DNA from: Tricharina praecox
Lineage: Eukaryota
Reading direction: 5' to 3'
NCBI RefSeq assembly: GCF_024521635.1
Contig: NW_026250427.1
Location: 62,001-126,000 of the forward strand
Length of the DNA: 64,000 nt
Part shown: positions 38,581-50,100 of the stretch, in pieces
Position numbering within the stretch: position 1 is the first letter of the stretch
Layout of the letters: each line of letters starts with the position of its first letter
The notes under the pieces: model-generated
Told to the model about the DNA's origin: nothing
Databases searched by the model: none
The model's input: only the letters and a program-made list of their open reading frames with translations
Position numbers and translations under genes: made by a program

Positions 38581-39366
38581 GGCTGCTGTAGTAGTGGTGG
38601 TTTGTGGTGTTGTGTTGTGGGGGGTGTTGTGTGAGGGAGTTGTGGGAGTTGTCGAGGGAAGGAGGGTTCAACACTGCTTTTTGGAGGGGTCTTTTGCCCC
38701 GCAATAAAGTATTTCTATCTAACGAAAACCTTCGAGCAGGGGCTAAGCAAGCGCATTATTAATATCACGTGGGAATTGGCCATCATCATCACCATCACTC
38801 ATCGTGGCAATGGATGATACCGTGTGTACTCGCCACCCAGAATCTCGTCTCCGTTACCCATTATCATTAACCTTCCCCAGCTCGTCCACTCGTCCCAGCC
38901 CGTCACGAAAGAAAAATCGACATCGTGAGCTCAACTTTCAACGCCATCATATCTAAAGACCAAGCAAGACCAAGCAAGACCAAGCGAGACAGACAGACAG
39001 ACAGACAGGCAGACAAAAAAGCGCATCCAAAAGAGGGCGACATAGACTAGGTATATGGCAATAGAAGCAGACAGAACGCAGGTAGGTAAGTAAGTAAGTA
39101 AGCAAGCAGACTTCGAACACGGAAAAGTAGGCAGAAGATATCAAAGGAAAACCCGTCCCCCCGTACAGAGATGCAAAGAAAATGAAACGAAACGAAGAGA
39201 AAGAGAAAAAATCGCAAACGATAAAACAACGAAACGCAGCATCGGAAGAAGAATGCCGAATTTTAATGCCACCGACGCCACCCAGCCCCCCGTCCCATCC
39301 ATCCATCCATCCATCCAGCCACCCGCCCCTTCCCAAATCATAACCATCTGTCGTCGTAAATCTCAA

Positions 39367-40980
39367 TTACCCGAGAGCCGATCTCCTCCCATCGCTAACG
39401 GTGGCTCTCTCGTCCTCCTCGAGCACATCGCTCAAGCGCGTCGGGTGGTGATGTCTCGAGATTGGCTCCCAGGTGTTTACGATACCGACGCCGCCGCTAC
39501 CCCCATATCCTACACTACCACCATTACCATCGTATCCGGTTCCATCATAACTGGGGTACGTACCCCATTCTCTGTCTTCCGGGTAATTGTCTTCGTCTTC
39601 TTCGCTGGAGAGGTCTCCCGGTTGCCGGACCCGCAGGGGCTCGCCGTCGGACCCGATCACGATGTTACCATGCTCGTCCGTCTCGAAGGCGATCGATGTT
39701 GTGCTGATAGTTGGCGCCGGCGAGCCAACCATCGGATTGGTGGCGTATGAAACCGGCGATGGGTTGGTCGATGGCGGGCCGACTTGCGAGCCTTCCATGT
39801 CGTGGAGGGAACTAGGTGTTTGCTGGTAGAACCCTCGGTCCGACACCGACGACTGCTGCTGCTGCTGTGGCGACTGGACTGGCGGGTACGCAGGCGACGG
39901 CGTTCCGGTCGCAGTCGTGGTCCGGGCGGTAGCAGCCGCCGTCGAAGTGGGCTGTGGCTGTTGCGGCTGGAGATCGATGAGATCTGACTCGTGGTGAAGC
40001 GGCGACGGCGATTGCGGCTGCGACGGCGGGTGCGACTGGCGATAAGTCTGCTCCTGGGCGAGCGGGTGTGGCTGACGTGTCGTAGGAGCGGCCGTGCCCG
40101 TCTGCGGGCGGTCATTGTGGCCTTCCGATTGAGGACCAGTAGCAGCGCCTGGATTAGGCGGGCCGGTCGCTGTCCGCGGTCTGTTGGATTGGCTGTTGCT
40201 TCTCGATGGGACTCCGGGCATCGGCATCGGAGTGACCTGGACACCGCCCACCAGAGCGGGATGGCCGTCTCTAAGACTAGTGGTGACTTCGCGCTCGTCT
40301 TGCTCCCGTCGCCCGAGTTCCTCCCACGCACGCCTGCACTCTTCCCTCGAGATCTGCAATTCGCGACGCGTCTCCTCGACCATCTTCTCGGCCGTAGTCT
40401 TGTCCTTATCCAATTGGCGTATCTGCGTGACCGCGTCTGCGCGCTGTTGCCTCTCGATGCGGAGCGAGCGCTCCAGCTCACTGCTCATCTCGCGCGCCCG
40501 TTCCTGATCCGCGCGCGTCTCAAAGAACCATCGCTGGAACTTCCTCTCGGAAGACGCGCGCAATCTCTGCAGTTCGATCAGCGCCTGAAATAAGTTGGCG
40601 CCAGCGGCAGCCAAGTCCGTGATCTGCCGCGACATCTCCTGCTCGAGCGGCAGGTGCGAAAGCTCCTGTCGGTTCTGCTCGAGGCGCGATACCCAGTACC
40701 CGGTCAGCCCTTCCCAGCGTGACGAAAGCATCTCCCAGCGCTCGAACGCGTGCGGGAACGAACTGCTGTTCGCCGATTGCTGCTGCTGGTAGGTCTGCTG
40801 ATTCTGACTGCTGGTGGTGCCGGTGCCTCGCGCCGACGAGGTGCCCGCAGCAGCAGCGCCAGTAGGCGGATTGGAGGTGGACGGGCGAGGCGCATGAGAC
40901 TGACCCTGTGATTGGAGCACCGGCTCGGGCTGACGGGGATTCGCCGCGGCGGTGGGACGAAACGAGGCTTGTTGTTGCGG

Positions 40981-41030
<50 letters not shown>

Positions 41031-41466
41031 GATGTTGATGTTGATGTTGTTGTGATGTTCCCCCGCGCGGCGACTGCTGTTGATGCGACGTGGTGGGCCT
41101 CTGCGCGTTCGCTACTCTTGGTGGCATGGCTCTGCCCTGGGGCCCACTTGCGGGTCCGATCGGCCTGGCTTTGTCCTCAGCACTTCCTGCTCCACCTGCT
41201 CCATCCCCCGCGCCTACCGCAGCGACTGGTGCGCCTCTGGTCTGAGTGTTCTGCGTGTGCCTTCTCGGCGACGGTTCCTGGGCGGCGGCAGTGGCTGCTA
41301 CCGGTCTCCCACCACCCCCGCCTCCACCTCCACCGGTAGCGGCGGATTGCTGTCGCGTATGCCCGCGCTGCACAGTGACATTGCCTGGGACGTAGTTCTG
41401 TTGCTGTTGCTGCTGTTGCTGGACAGGAATGGGGCCGGGTGCGCTGGCTGCCATCATCGCGGACAT
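39367..41466 (-). CDS. Uncharacterised polyQ/low-complexity protein with central coiled coil (5' end uncertain)
   Basis: Long open frame with a protein-like core FPHAFERWEMLSSRWEGLTGYW...ELQRLRASSERKFQRWFFETR and heptad-rich helices. First in-frame ATG is 41466, but the frame is open back to 42048. Confidence 0.8.
40981..41031 (-). repeat. (CAA)17 coding polyglutamine tract
   Basis: (TTG)17 on the plus strand, giving Q17 in the minus-strand ORF. Confidence 0.95.
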
Positions 41467-43118
41467 GGACGCGTTTTCCTCTTCCAGATCAGGGGTGAGC
41501 TGGTGGGGACCGCGAAGGGCTTCTTCGAGGACGTACAGGATTGCGGAGAGGGTGCGCTGGTCGACGAATCTCGGGTGCTGTTCGAAGAGGGTATCTTGGA
41601 GGGTTGGGAGGGTGTTTGGAATGGGGGCCTGTGATCTTCGTAGATACTCTCCCCTCGTCGGTGTGGGTGACGACGACGAGGTTGGAGACGTGGTGGAGGA
41701 ACTGGACAAGATGGTGGCGGTGGTGTGGGAGTCTCGGCGCAGGGCGGGAGGGAAAAATGGAGAGGCTGCGAAACCGGAGCAGTCGCAAGCGTGTGGTGCA
41801 GCGTGGGCGGCGGGAGCGTAACAACAACACCTTTTCGTAACACCAGCAACGGAAGGGACGGGGACGACGGGGGGAAGCGAGCGAGCCAGCGGTTCGTAGC
41901 GGGTGGGCGCCAAAGAGGCGACGAAAAGAGATGGCGGGAATGGAATGGCAGAGGGCGTCCTCCTCCTCCTCCTCTTCTTCTTGTTCTTCTTCTTCTTCTG
42001 CGTCTTCTTCTGCGGTCTTCTTCTGCTGCTGCGGCCTTCTTTCGTCTCCTACTTCTACAGGCCAATCCGCTGCTGCAGCAATGCGTATTCGCCGGCAGCA
42101 ATTGCAGGTGTAAGCGATCCTTCTGCGTCTATCCTGTGTACTAGTCAGTAGTGTATCTTGTTATCCCAGCGTGTCAGCTTTCGTCCTCATTGACTGACAG
42201 CAGCCATCGGGCGGTGAGGTGAGATGTAAACAAGGGTGGCTGGTGAGGCGGAGAAATGTATGGATAGTAGATGTGGTACCTACCTGCGCAATCGGGGAGG
42301 CTGGGGATTCGGGGGATTCGACGGGAAGAATGCCAAACACTCCAAACACACCAGACTCGGATGGCGGTTCCAATAGCAATTGCAGTCTCTCTCGATCCTC
42401 ATCAATGGTCCGCACGAGTGGTCATTCAATTGACCCCGTTCTCCGTCCCTCCCCCTGCTACTAGATAGTTATACCGGTAAATGGTACCCCTTCTCGATAT
42501 ATATGTAGACCACCACCACAGCCACCACCACCACGACTACTCGTGCGGTTCCAGCTCCGTTTCTCGCTTTCCTCGCCGGTCTGTCTGTCTGTCTGTCGTA
42601 ATGATGCGTTGTCCAGTGTCCAGTGTCCACACCGCACCGCACCGCGAAACCAAATATAGCCGGGCAGAAAGGTAAACACCCCGGAGGCTGGGATGTGGGG
42701 GATGTGCTGCTGCGGTCTGTATGTGCGAATTGTGTGTGTGGTCGTGGTGTAGGAAACGAATGGACCGTAGACGGACGAACCAGAACGTGTGGATCGAGGT
42801 GGAGGAGGAGGATAACAAGCCTTTGCATACGATGTGATGTGATGGAGATGTCTGCTACTGGGGAATCGGCGAAGGCGATGGGACGCGTCGATTTCGCGCA
42901 TGTCACCCACCCGCAACCCCCCATTTGCGACCCGGGTCTTCCTTATTTCGATATTAAAGCTCATCTTACTTTCCCGCAGCAGCAGCAGCAGAAGCAGCAT
43001 GTTCCCAGCGTGCGAGTGGGGGGATGGGGGAATTGCATGCACTACTACTATCTACTCTACATATCATACCTATACTACCGGTATAATCGTAGAGTAAATC
43101 GCGGCTGCCCGCTCCCCT

Positions 43119-43928
43119 CTACTCTACACTCCCCGCCTTCTCCGCCGGCTGGCTGACCGGCTGGCTGGCCGTCCCACTCTCCGCCGCCACTGCCGCCATT
43201 GCCGCCATGACATCTGTTGCCTTTTCCACACCGCCCACCACCTCCTCCACCTTAGCCTCCCTCACCTCGATCCCCAACCTATCCGCCAGCACGCCGGCCC
43301 ACACACCAGCGACACCAGCGACGGTCTCCCCCTCGACCCCCTCCCTAAGCAGACTAGTAGCCTGCTTCCCCTCAAGGCCACAAGCCACAATCCTATCGAA
43401 CCACCAGAGGTTTGTGTTGACGTTAAGTCCCACTCCATAGCTCGTGACGTTCCTGCGCATGTGGACTCCGACGGCGCAGATCTTCCTTTCGGCGCTCGTC
43501 CACACGCCTGGATCGGCCGTCGTGAACCCGCGGATCCCGTAGTGCGCCAGCGTGCCGATCACGCTGTCCTCGAGGAGGCGGATGTAGCAGCGCGGTGAGA
43601 GCGCGTGCGTCTTCAGGTCGAGGATGAGGTAGCCAGTTAGCTGCCCCGGGCCGTGGAAGGTTGTCTGCCCCCCGCGGAGTGTGGGCACGACGGATGCACG
43701 CCCGGACGTGCTGAGGTGCGAGGCTTGCGACGAGGTCAGCGTGCGCTCGCGCCGGCCGAGGGTGTAGGTTGGTGGGAATTCGGCGGTCAGGAGGGTTGGT
43801 GGTGGTGGGGAGTGCGAGGCGGAGGGGGACTTGGAGGCGAGGAAGAGCGATACGAGGTGCGATTGTAGCGCCGCGGCGGCGGAGAAGGGGATGCGCCCCA
43901 GCGGGACGTGGTGGAGCGGCGGAGGCAT
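43119..43928 (-). CDS. LIP2: Octanoyltransferase (lipoate biosynthesis, LipB family)
   Basis: TYTLGRR, RGGQTTFHGPGQL, GVW, RKICAVGVH, GVGLN, IVACGL motifs; single exon. Confidence 0.92.
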   Translation of the reverse strand: MPPPLHHVPLGRIPFSAAAALQSHLVSLFLASKSPSASHSPPPPTLLTAEFPPTYTLGRRERTLTSSQASHLSTSGRASVVPTLRGGQTTFHGPGQLTGYLILDLKTHALSPRCYIRLLEDSVIGTLAHYGIRGFTTADPGVWTSAERKICAVGVHMRRNVTSYGVGLNVNTNLWWFDRIVACGLEGKQATSLLREGVEGETVAGVAGVWAGVLADRLGIEVREAKVEEVVGGVEKATDVMAAMAAVAAESGTASQPVSQPAEKAGSVE

Positions 43929-44113
43929 GTGTACATAGGATGGCCGGAGTGAAGGCGGTGTGATGTCACTTAGTTAGCCCCTGGTGGGGCGGCGTGACTT
44001 GTGTAATGGCGTTTTCCGGCGGGGCAGTATCATAACTAGAGACTCGACATCTGCCACCTGCCACCTGCCATCCCTCGCCACCACCACCCCAGCACCACAC
44101 ATTACCATCCACC

Positions 44114-45259
44114 ATGTCGGTCCCACGAATCCACATCCTCGGCGGCGGCAACATCGGCAGTTTCGTCGCGCACGGGCTCCGCTCTTTACCCTCTCCGAAG
44201 CCCGAAGTGACGCTCCTCCTACGCGGGACCACCTACCAAACCTTCCTCTCCCGCTACTCTGTCTATGTCGAAGACGTAACGACCGTACCACCGACGCACA
44301 GCGTACGGCGGATCACTACTGCGCTGCCGAGTGCATCAACCTTTCTACCGACGCGGATCCAGAACCTCGTGATCGCGACCAAGACGCACCAGCTGGGCGC
44401 GGCGCTCGCGCCGCTGATCCCACGGCTCACGCGCGAGTCCACCGTCGTCTTCCTGCAGAACGGGATTACGCCGTCGCCGTCGCAGCTGTTTCCGGACCCG
44501 TACATGCGGCCGCGCGAGCTGTGGGCCGGCGTGGTTACGCACGGCATCAATAGCGAGTGGAAGTTTAGTCTGAAGCTCGCGGCGCGCGGGGAAATCGTGC
44601 TGGGCCCGCTGGGGGAGGGCGTCGCGGGCGATGACGCGAGGCTGAGGAGGAAACCGCTGCTGGTTGAGGCGTTGGCGCGTATGGAGGGCGGCAGGACTGT
44701 CGACACTGCTGGAGAGCTGCTAAGGTGCCAGTTGAGGAAGTTGGCGGCGAATGCGGCGATCAATGCGCTAGCGGCGGTGCACGATGTGAAGAACGGAGAG
44801 TTGTTGGCGATGCCGGAGGCGCTGGAGACGATGAGGGCCGCGGTCAGGGAGGTGGGTGACCTGGTCAAGGGTATGTTGGGAGAAGACCTGGTGGAGGGGG
44901 GAGAGGAGGCGCTGTGGAAGAGTGTGCGAGACGTCGTGGAATTGACGGGAGAGAATACGTGCAGCATGCTGCAGGATCTACGAGCGGGAAAGAAGACGGA
45001 GATACAGGAGATTAACGGGTGGGTAGTCGAGAAGGCTACGGAGCTGGGGCTCGACTGCAAGGTCAACAAGGAGCTAGTGGAGAAGGTGAAGGCGCTGGAG
45101 AGAGAGAAGGGGATTCTCGAGGTGGAGCCCGTGACGAAGCTGGTTATCGAGGAGCAGCATCCGCGTGACAGGAGGAGGGTAACGAGGAAGGTCTTCAATA
45201 ACTCCCCGATGGATCGTCCACCGACGGTGCCCGGTCTTGCAAGGAGAGTACCAGTGTAG
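44114..45259 (+). CDS. Ketopantoate (2-dehydropantoate 2-) reductase family, PanE/ApbA
   Basis: Rossmann motif IHILGGGNIG; ATK, LQNG, KLAANAAINAL, SMLQD, TEIQEING. The exact paralog (Pan5 versus a Cbs2-like copy) cannot be resolved by eye. Confidence 0.88.
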   Translation: MSVPRIHILGGGNIGSFVAHGLRSLPSPKPEVTLLLRGTTYQTFLSRYSVYVEDVTTVPPTHSVRRITTALPSASTFLPTRIQNLVIATKTHQLGAALAPLIPRLTRESTVVFLQNGITPSPSQLFPDPYMRPRELWAGVVTHGINSEWKFSLKLAARGEIVLGPLGEGVAGDDARLRRKPLLVEALARMEGGRTVDTAGELLRCQLRKLAANAAINALAAVHDVKNGELLAMPEALETMRAAVREVGDLVKGMLGEDLVEGGEEALWKSVRDVVELTGENTCSMLQDLRAGKKTEIQEINGWVVEKATELGLDCKVNKELVEKVKALEREKGILEVEPVTKLVIEEQHPRDRRRVTRKVFNNSPMDRPPTVPGLARRVPV

Positions 45260-45376
45260 ATACCAGACATTAATGGGTGTGCGTTTGATACCATCACTCA
45301 CTCGCAGTACCTACCGTGTACAAATGAAACCTACCATTAAGCACACACAAATTTCTCAAGTACAAACCCCATAGTA

Positions 45377-46573
45377 TCATCGACTGCCCATCGCAGCCCT
45401 CTCCTCCAACAGGTCTCTCTGTCCGAAGAAATCACCCACGACAGAAATGATCATATCCAGCATGCCGATCGAGTCCTCAACGCTGTAGAACTCGATTTCG
45501 GGCTTTTTAGGCTCGACGACTTCGCCTTCCTCTTCGACTCCCTCTTCGACTTCCTGCTCAGACTCCTTTGCTTCTTCGGCCTTGCTGCTCACCTCCACCT
45601 TTGTCTCTTCTGTCTCCGCGCCATCTCCTTCCTCAGCCTCCTTCGCCTCCTTCCCTTCATCCCCCTCCCCCTCCCCCTCCCGCTCCCCAACCATCATCCC
45701 CCTCCTCATCCCCACCGCAACCTTGCCCAGCTCCCTCACAACCGCCACCTCCTCAGCAACCATAACATCCTGACACCTCAGCAGTAGCGCCCAACACCAC
45801 GCGCCCCAATTTTTCGGCATCCCCCTACCGCGCGCATTCCTAACCCTCATCCTCCAGCCGATCCAGCCGGCCACATCTCCCAGCAACCTCACAACCTCCC
45901 ACTGCTGCATACTCCAGACCCAGCCCAGCCTCGGCGGCTGCGTCGACACCAGCGCGCGCCAGGCTTTCGCATCGCTCCAGCGCGGGAACGGCCGCGAAGC
46001 GGCCCCCCGCGGCGGCGTGGAAGATAGCCGCCCCCGCAGCGAAACGAATAGGCGCAGGATCGGCGCGTGGAACGCCGGTGCCGCGGAGCGCGCGGGCGAT
46101 GGGTGCAGCGACACATAGGTACTTTCCGCAAAGTAACAGTGCTCCCCCCCCTCCCCCTCCCCCTCCCCGGAAGCGGCCGTGGGCTCGTCGTAATTCAGCA
46201 CCACATCCTCCGCCTCCCGCTGTGGCTTCGCTGCCGGCGGCCGGTGCGAACTGCTCACGTGCGGCGCGAGCAGCAGCTCTGGCACGCCGCGCGCCTCACT
46301 GCGGACCATGCGTAGGTACTCGAGCCCGTCGGAGGGCGGCCCGTAGAAGTCGTCGTCGCCGCCCGCGAACGTGTCGAGGCCGGGGAAGGCACCCCGCTGC
46401 CCGGTGGTGGCGTCGATGTAACCGCCTGCTTGGGGGAATTTAATGCTGCTGCCGTTTTCATCTGAGCCCTCGTCTTTGTCCAGAGATGTGCGCGGTCGCT
46501 TGTGGGTGGGGTGCTTGGGGTGCTTGGACGACGAGGTGGGGTTGCTGGATGCGTTCTTGCGTTTGCGCGCCAT
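45377..46573 (-). CDS. Gemin2/SIP1 (Brr1/Yip11-like) snRNP assembly factor
   Basis: PPSDGLEYLRMVRSEA; WGAWCWALL; EVAVVRELGK; LDMIISVVGDFFGQRDL. Confidence 0.8.
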   Translation of the reverse strand: MARKRKNASSNPTSSSKHPKHPTHKRPRTSLDKDEGSDENGSSIKFPQAGGYIDATTGQRGAFPGLDTFAGGDDDFYGPPSDGLEYLRMVRSEARGVPELLLAPHVSSSHRPPAAKPQREAEDVVLNYDEPTAASGEGEGEGGEHCYFAESTYVSLHPSPARSAAPAFHAPILRLFVSLRGRLSSTPPRGAASRPFPRWSDAKAWRALVSTQPPRLGWVWSMQQWEVVRLLGDVAGWIGWRMRVRNARGRGMPKNWGAWCWALLLRCQDVMVAEEVAVVRELGKVAVGMRRGMMVGEREGEGEGDEGKEAKEAEEGDGAETEETKVEVSSKAEEAKESEQEVEEGVEEEGEVVEPKKPEIEFYSVEDSIGMLDMIISVVGDFFGQRDLLEERAAMGSR

Positions 46574-46620
46574 TGTTGTGGTGTGGGGTGGGTGCTTGTG
46601 TGATTGAGAGGTGGAGGGTT

Positions 46621-46692
46621 GAGGTGGGTGGGGTGGGTGAGGTGGGTGGGGTGGGTGAGGTGGGTGGGGTGGGTGAGGTGGGTGAGGTGGGT
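46621..46692. repeat. 18-bp G-rich tandem repeat (GAGGTGGGTGGGGTGGGT) x3 plus partial units, just upstream of the Gemin2 ATG
   Basis: Directly visible. Confidence 0.88.
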
Positions 46693-47195
46693 GGTGAGTG
46701 GTGGTGGTGGTGATGGCGGTGGTGAACGTGGAAGTGGAGGGGGAGACGTGTAGAGGTGTGGTATGGTGATTCGGGTGAGCTAACTTAGCTGGGTACTAGT
46801 AGAGTACTACATCTATCACTCGACCGCGATTCACGACCACGGGAAAGGTAATTGTGTCTTAACCACCACCCACAACAGTCTAATTCACACTCAAGACCTG
46901 AGTGCATCTATAGATCAGACCAACCAACTGAATACCCAGCTTCATCATCAATTCGCAACCCATTGGAACCCACTAACACATGGCCAACAACACACACATT
47001 ACCAGTAGATTAGAAGCGCCCCTCTCTCCACCCATCCATCCATCCATCCATCATAAGCAAGTGCGTATGTAATCACAATCATAACCATCATAACATCCAT
47101 CACCCCTTCCCCTCCATGTCCCTCCCCTCTCCCTCCCCTCCCCCTCTCCCCCTACCCCACCTCGTCCTTCAAACCATTAAACCCCCCATCCCCAA

Positions 47196-50100
47196 TTAAA
47201 TCCCCCCCTTAGCATCGCAACAAAACAGGCTGATATGGTTATCGCCAGCACCAGAGCAGGCGAGCATCATTCTGTGCGGATGAAATGCGAGGCCCGTGAC
47301 GGGGCTGGACCTATTCTGCTGCAGGAAGCTAGTGTGCGGCTTTACGGTCGTCAGTGGCTCGCCGAAGTCGTTCGCGTTCATGTTCCACAGTTTTACGTCG
47401 TGGTAGGTTGAGCCGCTGGTGCGTTGCTGTTAGCAAGTGTTATGTGGGGGATGGGGGAATGGGGAGGGTAGGGGGGGCGACATACGTCGCGATGACAGGC
47501 GCATGCTCGTGCACGCTGAGGTTGCGCATGCCCTTGGTGTGGGCCAGGAACTGTTTCACCGGCGAGTCCATGCGTATATCCCACAGCTTTACCTCGCCGG
47601 CAGCGCTGCCGGAGACGAGCTCGCGCATGCCGCCGCGCTGCATGTGCACCTTGACGATCCACGACTTGTGTTCCTTCCAGACCTTGACCATGGAGTCGCG
47701 CGGGGGCAGGCGGCGGTCGTAGAGGCGCACGGCGCCGTCGCCGAAGCCGGCGACGAAGATGTTGCCCGCTACTTGCTCAGACGTTAGGCTGGTGATGCAG
47801 GAGCCGGAGCGCGCGGGGATGTCCTGGGTAGGAGGTTAGCGCTATGAGGGGTGGGAGTTGGGGCCCGCGGAACTTACGCTCATGCACATCTCCCGCGGCG
47901 CATCCCATACGCGGATCACCTTCATGTCGCCGCCCACAAGCATCGTCCCCCGTCCCTGCTGCCAGTCGGCGATCAGCCCCGAGCTCCTTTGCGACGACAG
48001 CAGATCCGTCAGCGCGCGCCAGGTGGCAACCAGCTCAACATCTTTGTCACTCTCGTAGTTCCGATAGATGCGGACAACACCATCACCGCTACCAGTCATC
48101 AACAGTGCAACATCGTCCTCGTTCAGCAGCTTGATCTCCGTGATCCTAGTGCCGACGGGATTTCCGTTCGAGAAGCGACTCAGCAGCTTTTCGCCCTCCC
48201 AGTCCCACACCGCGACACTATCCTTGTCGTCCACAGCGATGAGATAGCTCTCGAACTGGTGGAAGAGCAGCCGTGTGGGCTGCGCAAGATTATTGAACAG
48301 CGCCTTGGGATAGTCCCATCGTGAGGTGACCGCTCTTTCCTTCTGCGCCTGCGTGTCGATGATAATCTTGTCGTTCCGTGTTCGCCGCCACAGTCTCTGG
48401 TTGTAATCGACACTGCCCGGCTCGTCGGCTTCATTCGGCTTCATCTGCGGCTCTCGGAAGTACTCGATCGACCAGTCCATGAACTTGCTCTGGATGGGGA
48501 TGACAGGAGGCTCCGAGGAATCCCTACGCTGGAAGTTCCTGCTGACGGGCTCCTTCGCCGAGCGGTAATTGGTGGTCGTGTTAGAGTAATCGTTGACATC
48601 CGGCGGGCGATTCCACTCTGGATCTTTATCCGCCAGCCCATTCGGAAACCTTCCAGATTTCGTCGGTTGTGCGTAGTCTGCGCGGCCCGAAGCAGTATTA
48701 TTTCCATAGCCAAGTGCCAGATTCCGCAGGCTCGCCGCGATGCTTGCCGACCTGCGCAGTGAGCTGGTAAAATACCCTTCGCGGGACGATGTGGTGCCAG
48801 GCGACTCCGGCCTCGCTTTCTCATTCATCGCGGTATCCGACGGCAGCTTGAGATTGAACGACTTGAGACTCGCCCTCGTGATATCGTCGATGAGCGTGTG
48901 CGTACTAGGTCCCAGGGGGCTCTCCAACAGCGCCAGGTGAATATAGTCGACCGCAACCTTCGCCGCCTGCGCGGTCTCGGGGAACGGATCGGCCGAGATC
49001 ATGAGCAGCGCCTGCCACACCGCCGCGTAGATCGTACCATCGGACCGTCGAGGCGCCGAGTCCTTGTACCTGCCGGGCTGCTTGAACTCCGCCGATCCGT
49101 CACCCAGACTCGCGGGGTTGGACGTGGTCCGCGTCAGCGCTGTGCCGTTCGCGCCGGGTGTTCGTAGCATTTCCCCGCCGTTCGCTCGAGGTCCGCCATT
49201 GTACAGGAACTCCCGCTCCTGCACCAACTGCTCGTAGGCAGTGACCAAGAACTTCTCCTCGTTGCGCTTGACGAAGTGGCTGAAGAACACGACCAGCTCC
49301 TTCCGTACCATACTACTACCATCAGTAGTCATGAACAACACGTGGCTGGCGACGGTCTGCTCGATCTTCATCACATCCTCGCTCATGTCCGGAATCCCCA
49401 GAAACGTCGTGAGCGCGTAGAGCATGGCGGCACGGACTTCGGGAACATTATCCGTGACCAGCTCGCACAGCCTCAGATAGGCGCCCTCGCGGATGCCCAA
49501 CCACTTAGCCTCGGAGTAGGAATCCCACAATTGTGAGATGCAGAGGCATGCCCACTGGCGCAGCAGGGGATTCTCGTCGCCGAGGTGAGCCAGACACGCA
49601 TTCATGACGCCGGGCGGCGCACACACGACGCGGCCCTGCGGAAAGCCCCGACAGAACATGGCGAGGATGAAGGCGCACATGGCCCGGTGCTCGCTGGCAT
49701 TGCCCACGGGGATACCGGAGGTCGGGCTCAGGATCTGAACAAAGTAGCTGTAGCCATTGTCCTTCAGCAGGTCTGCCTGGCAGGACGAGTCGACGGCGAG
49801 GATCCGCGCCCAGATGAAGACCATCACGGGCTTGAGCTCCTGCGCTGCGGACTGCAGCAGCTTAAGCACGTACGGGAAGATGCCGATGCTCAGCGCTAGG
49901 TTGACCGCCCATGGACCCAAATCGAGGAATTTACTGAGGAGAATCAGCGCCCGCAGACGGTGGACTTGACTTAGCAGCACCTGCAGGACGATGGGGAGTT
50001 GGTCCGGTGGGTGGCGGTCTACAGCGCCTTGTGAGAGGTACACCTCGAACGCCGTAAGCTGCTCGGTGAAGAACGTCGAGTGCTGGTACTCGTACATCTG

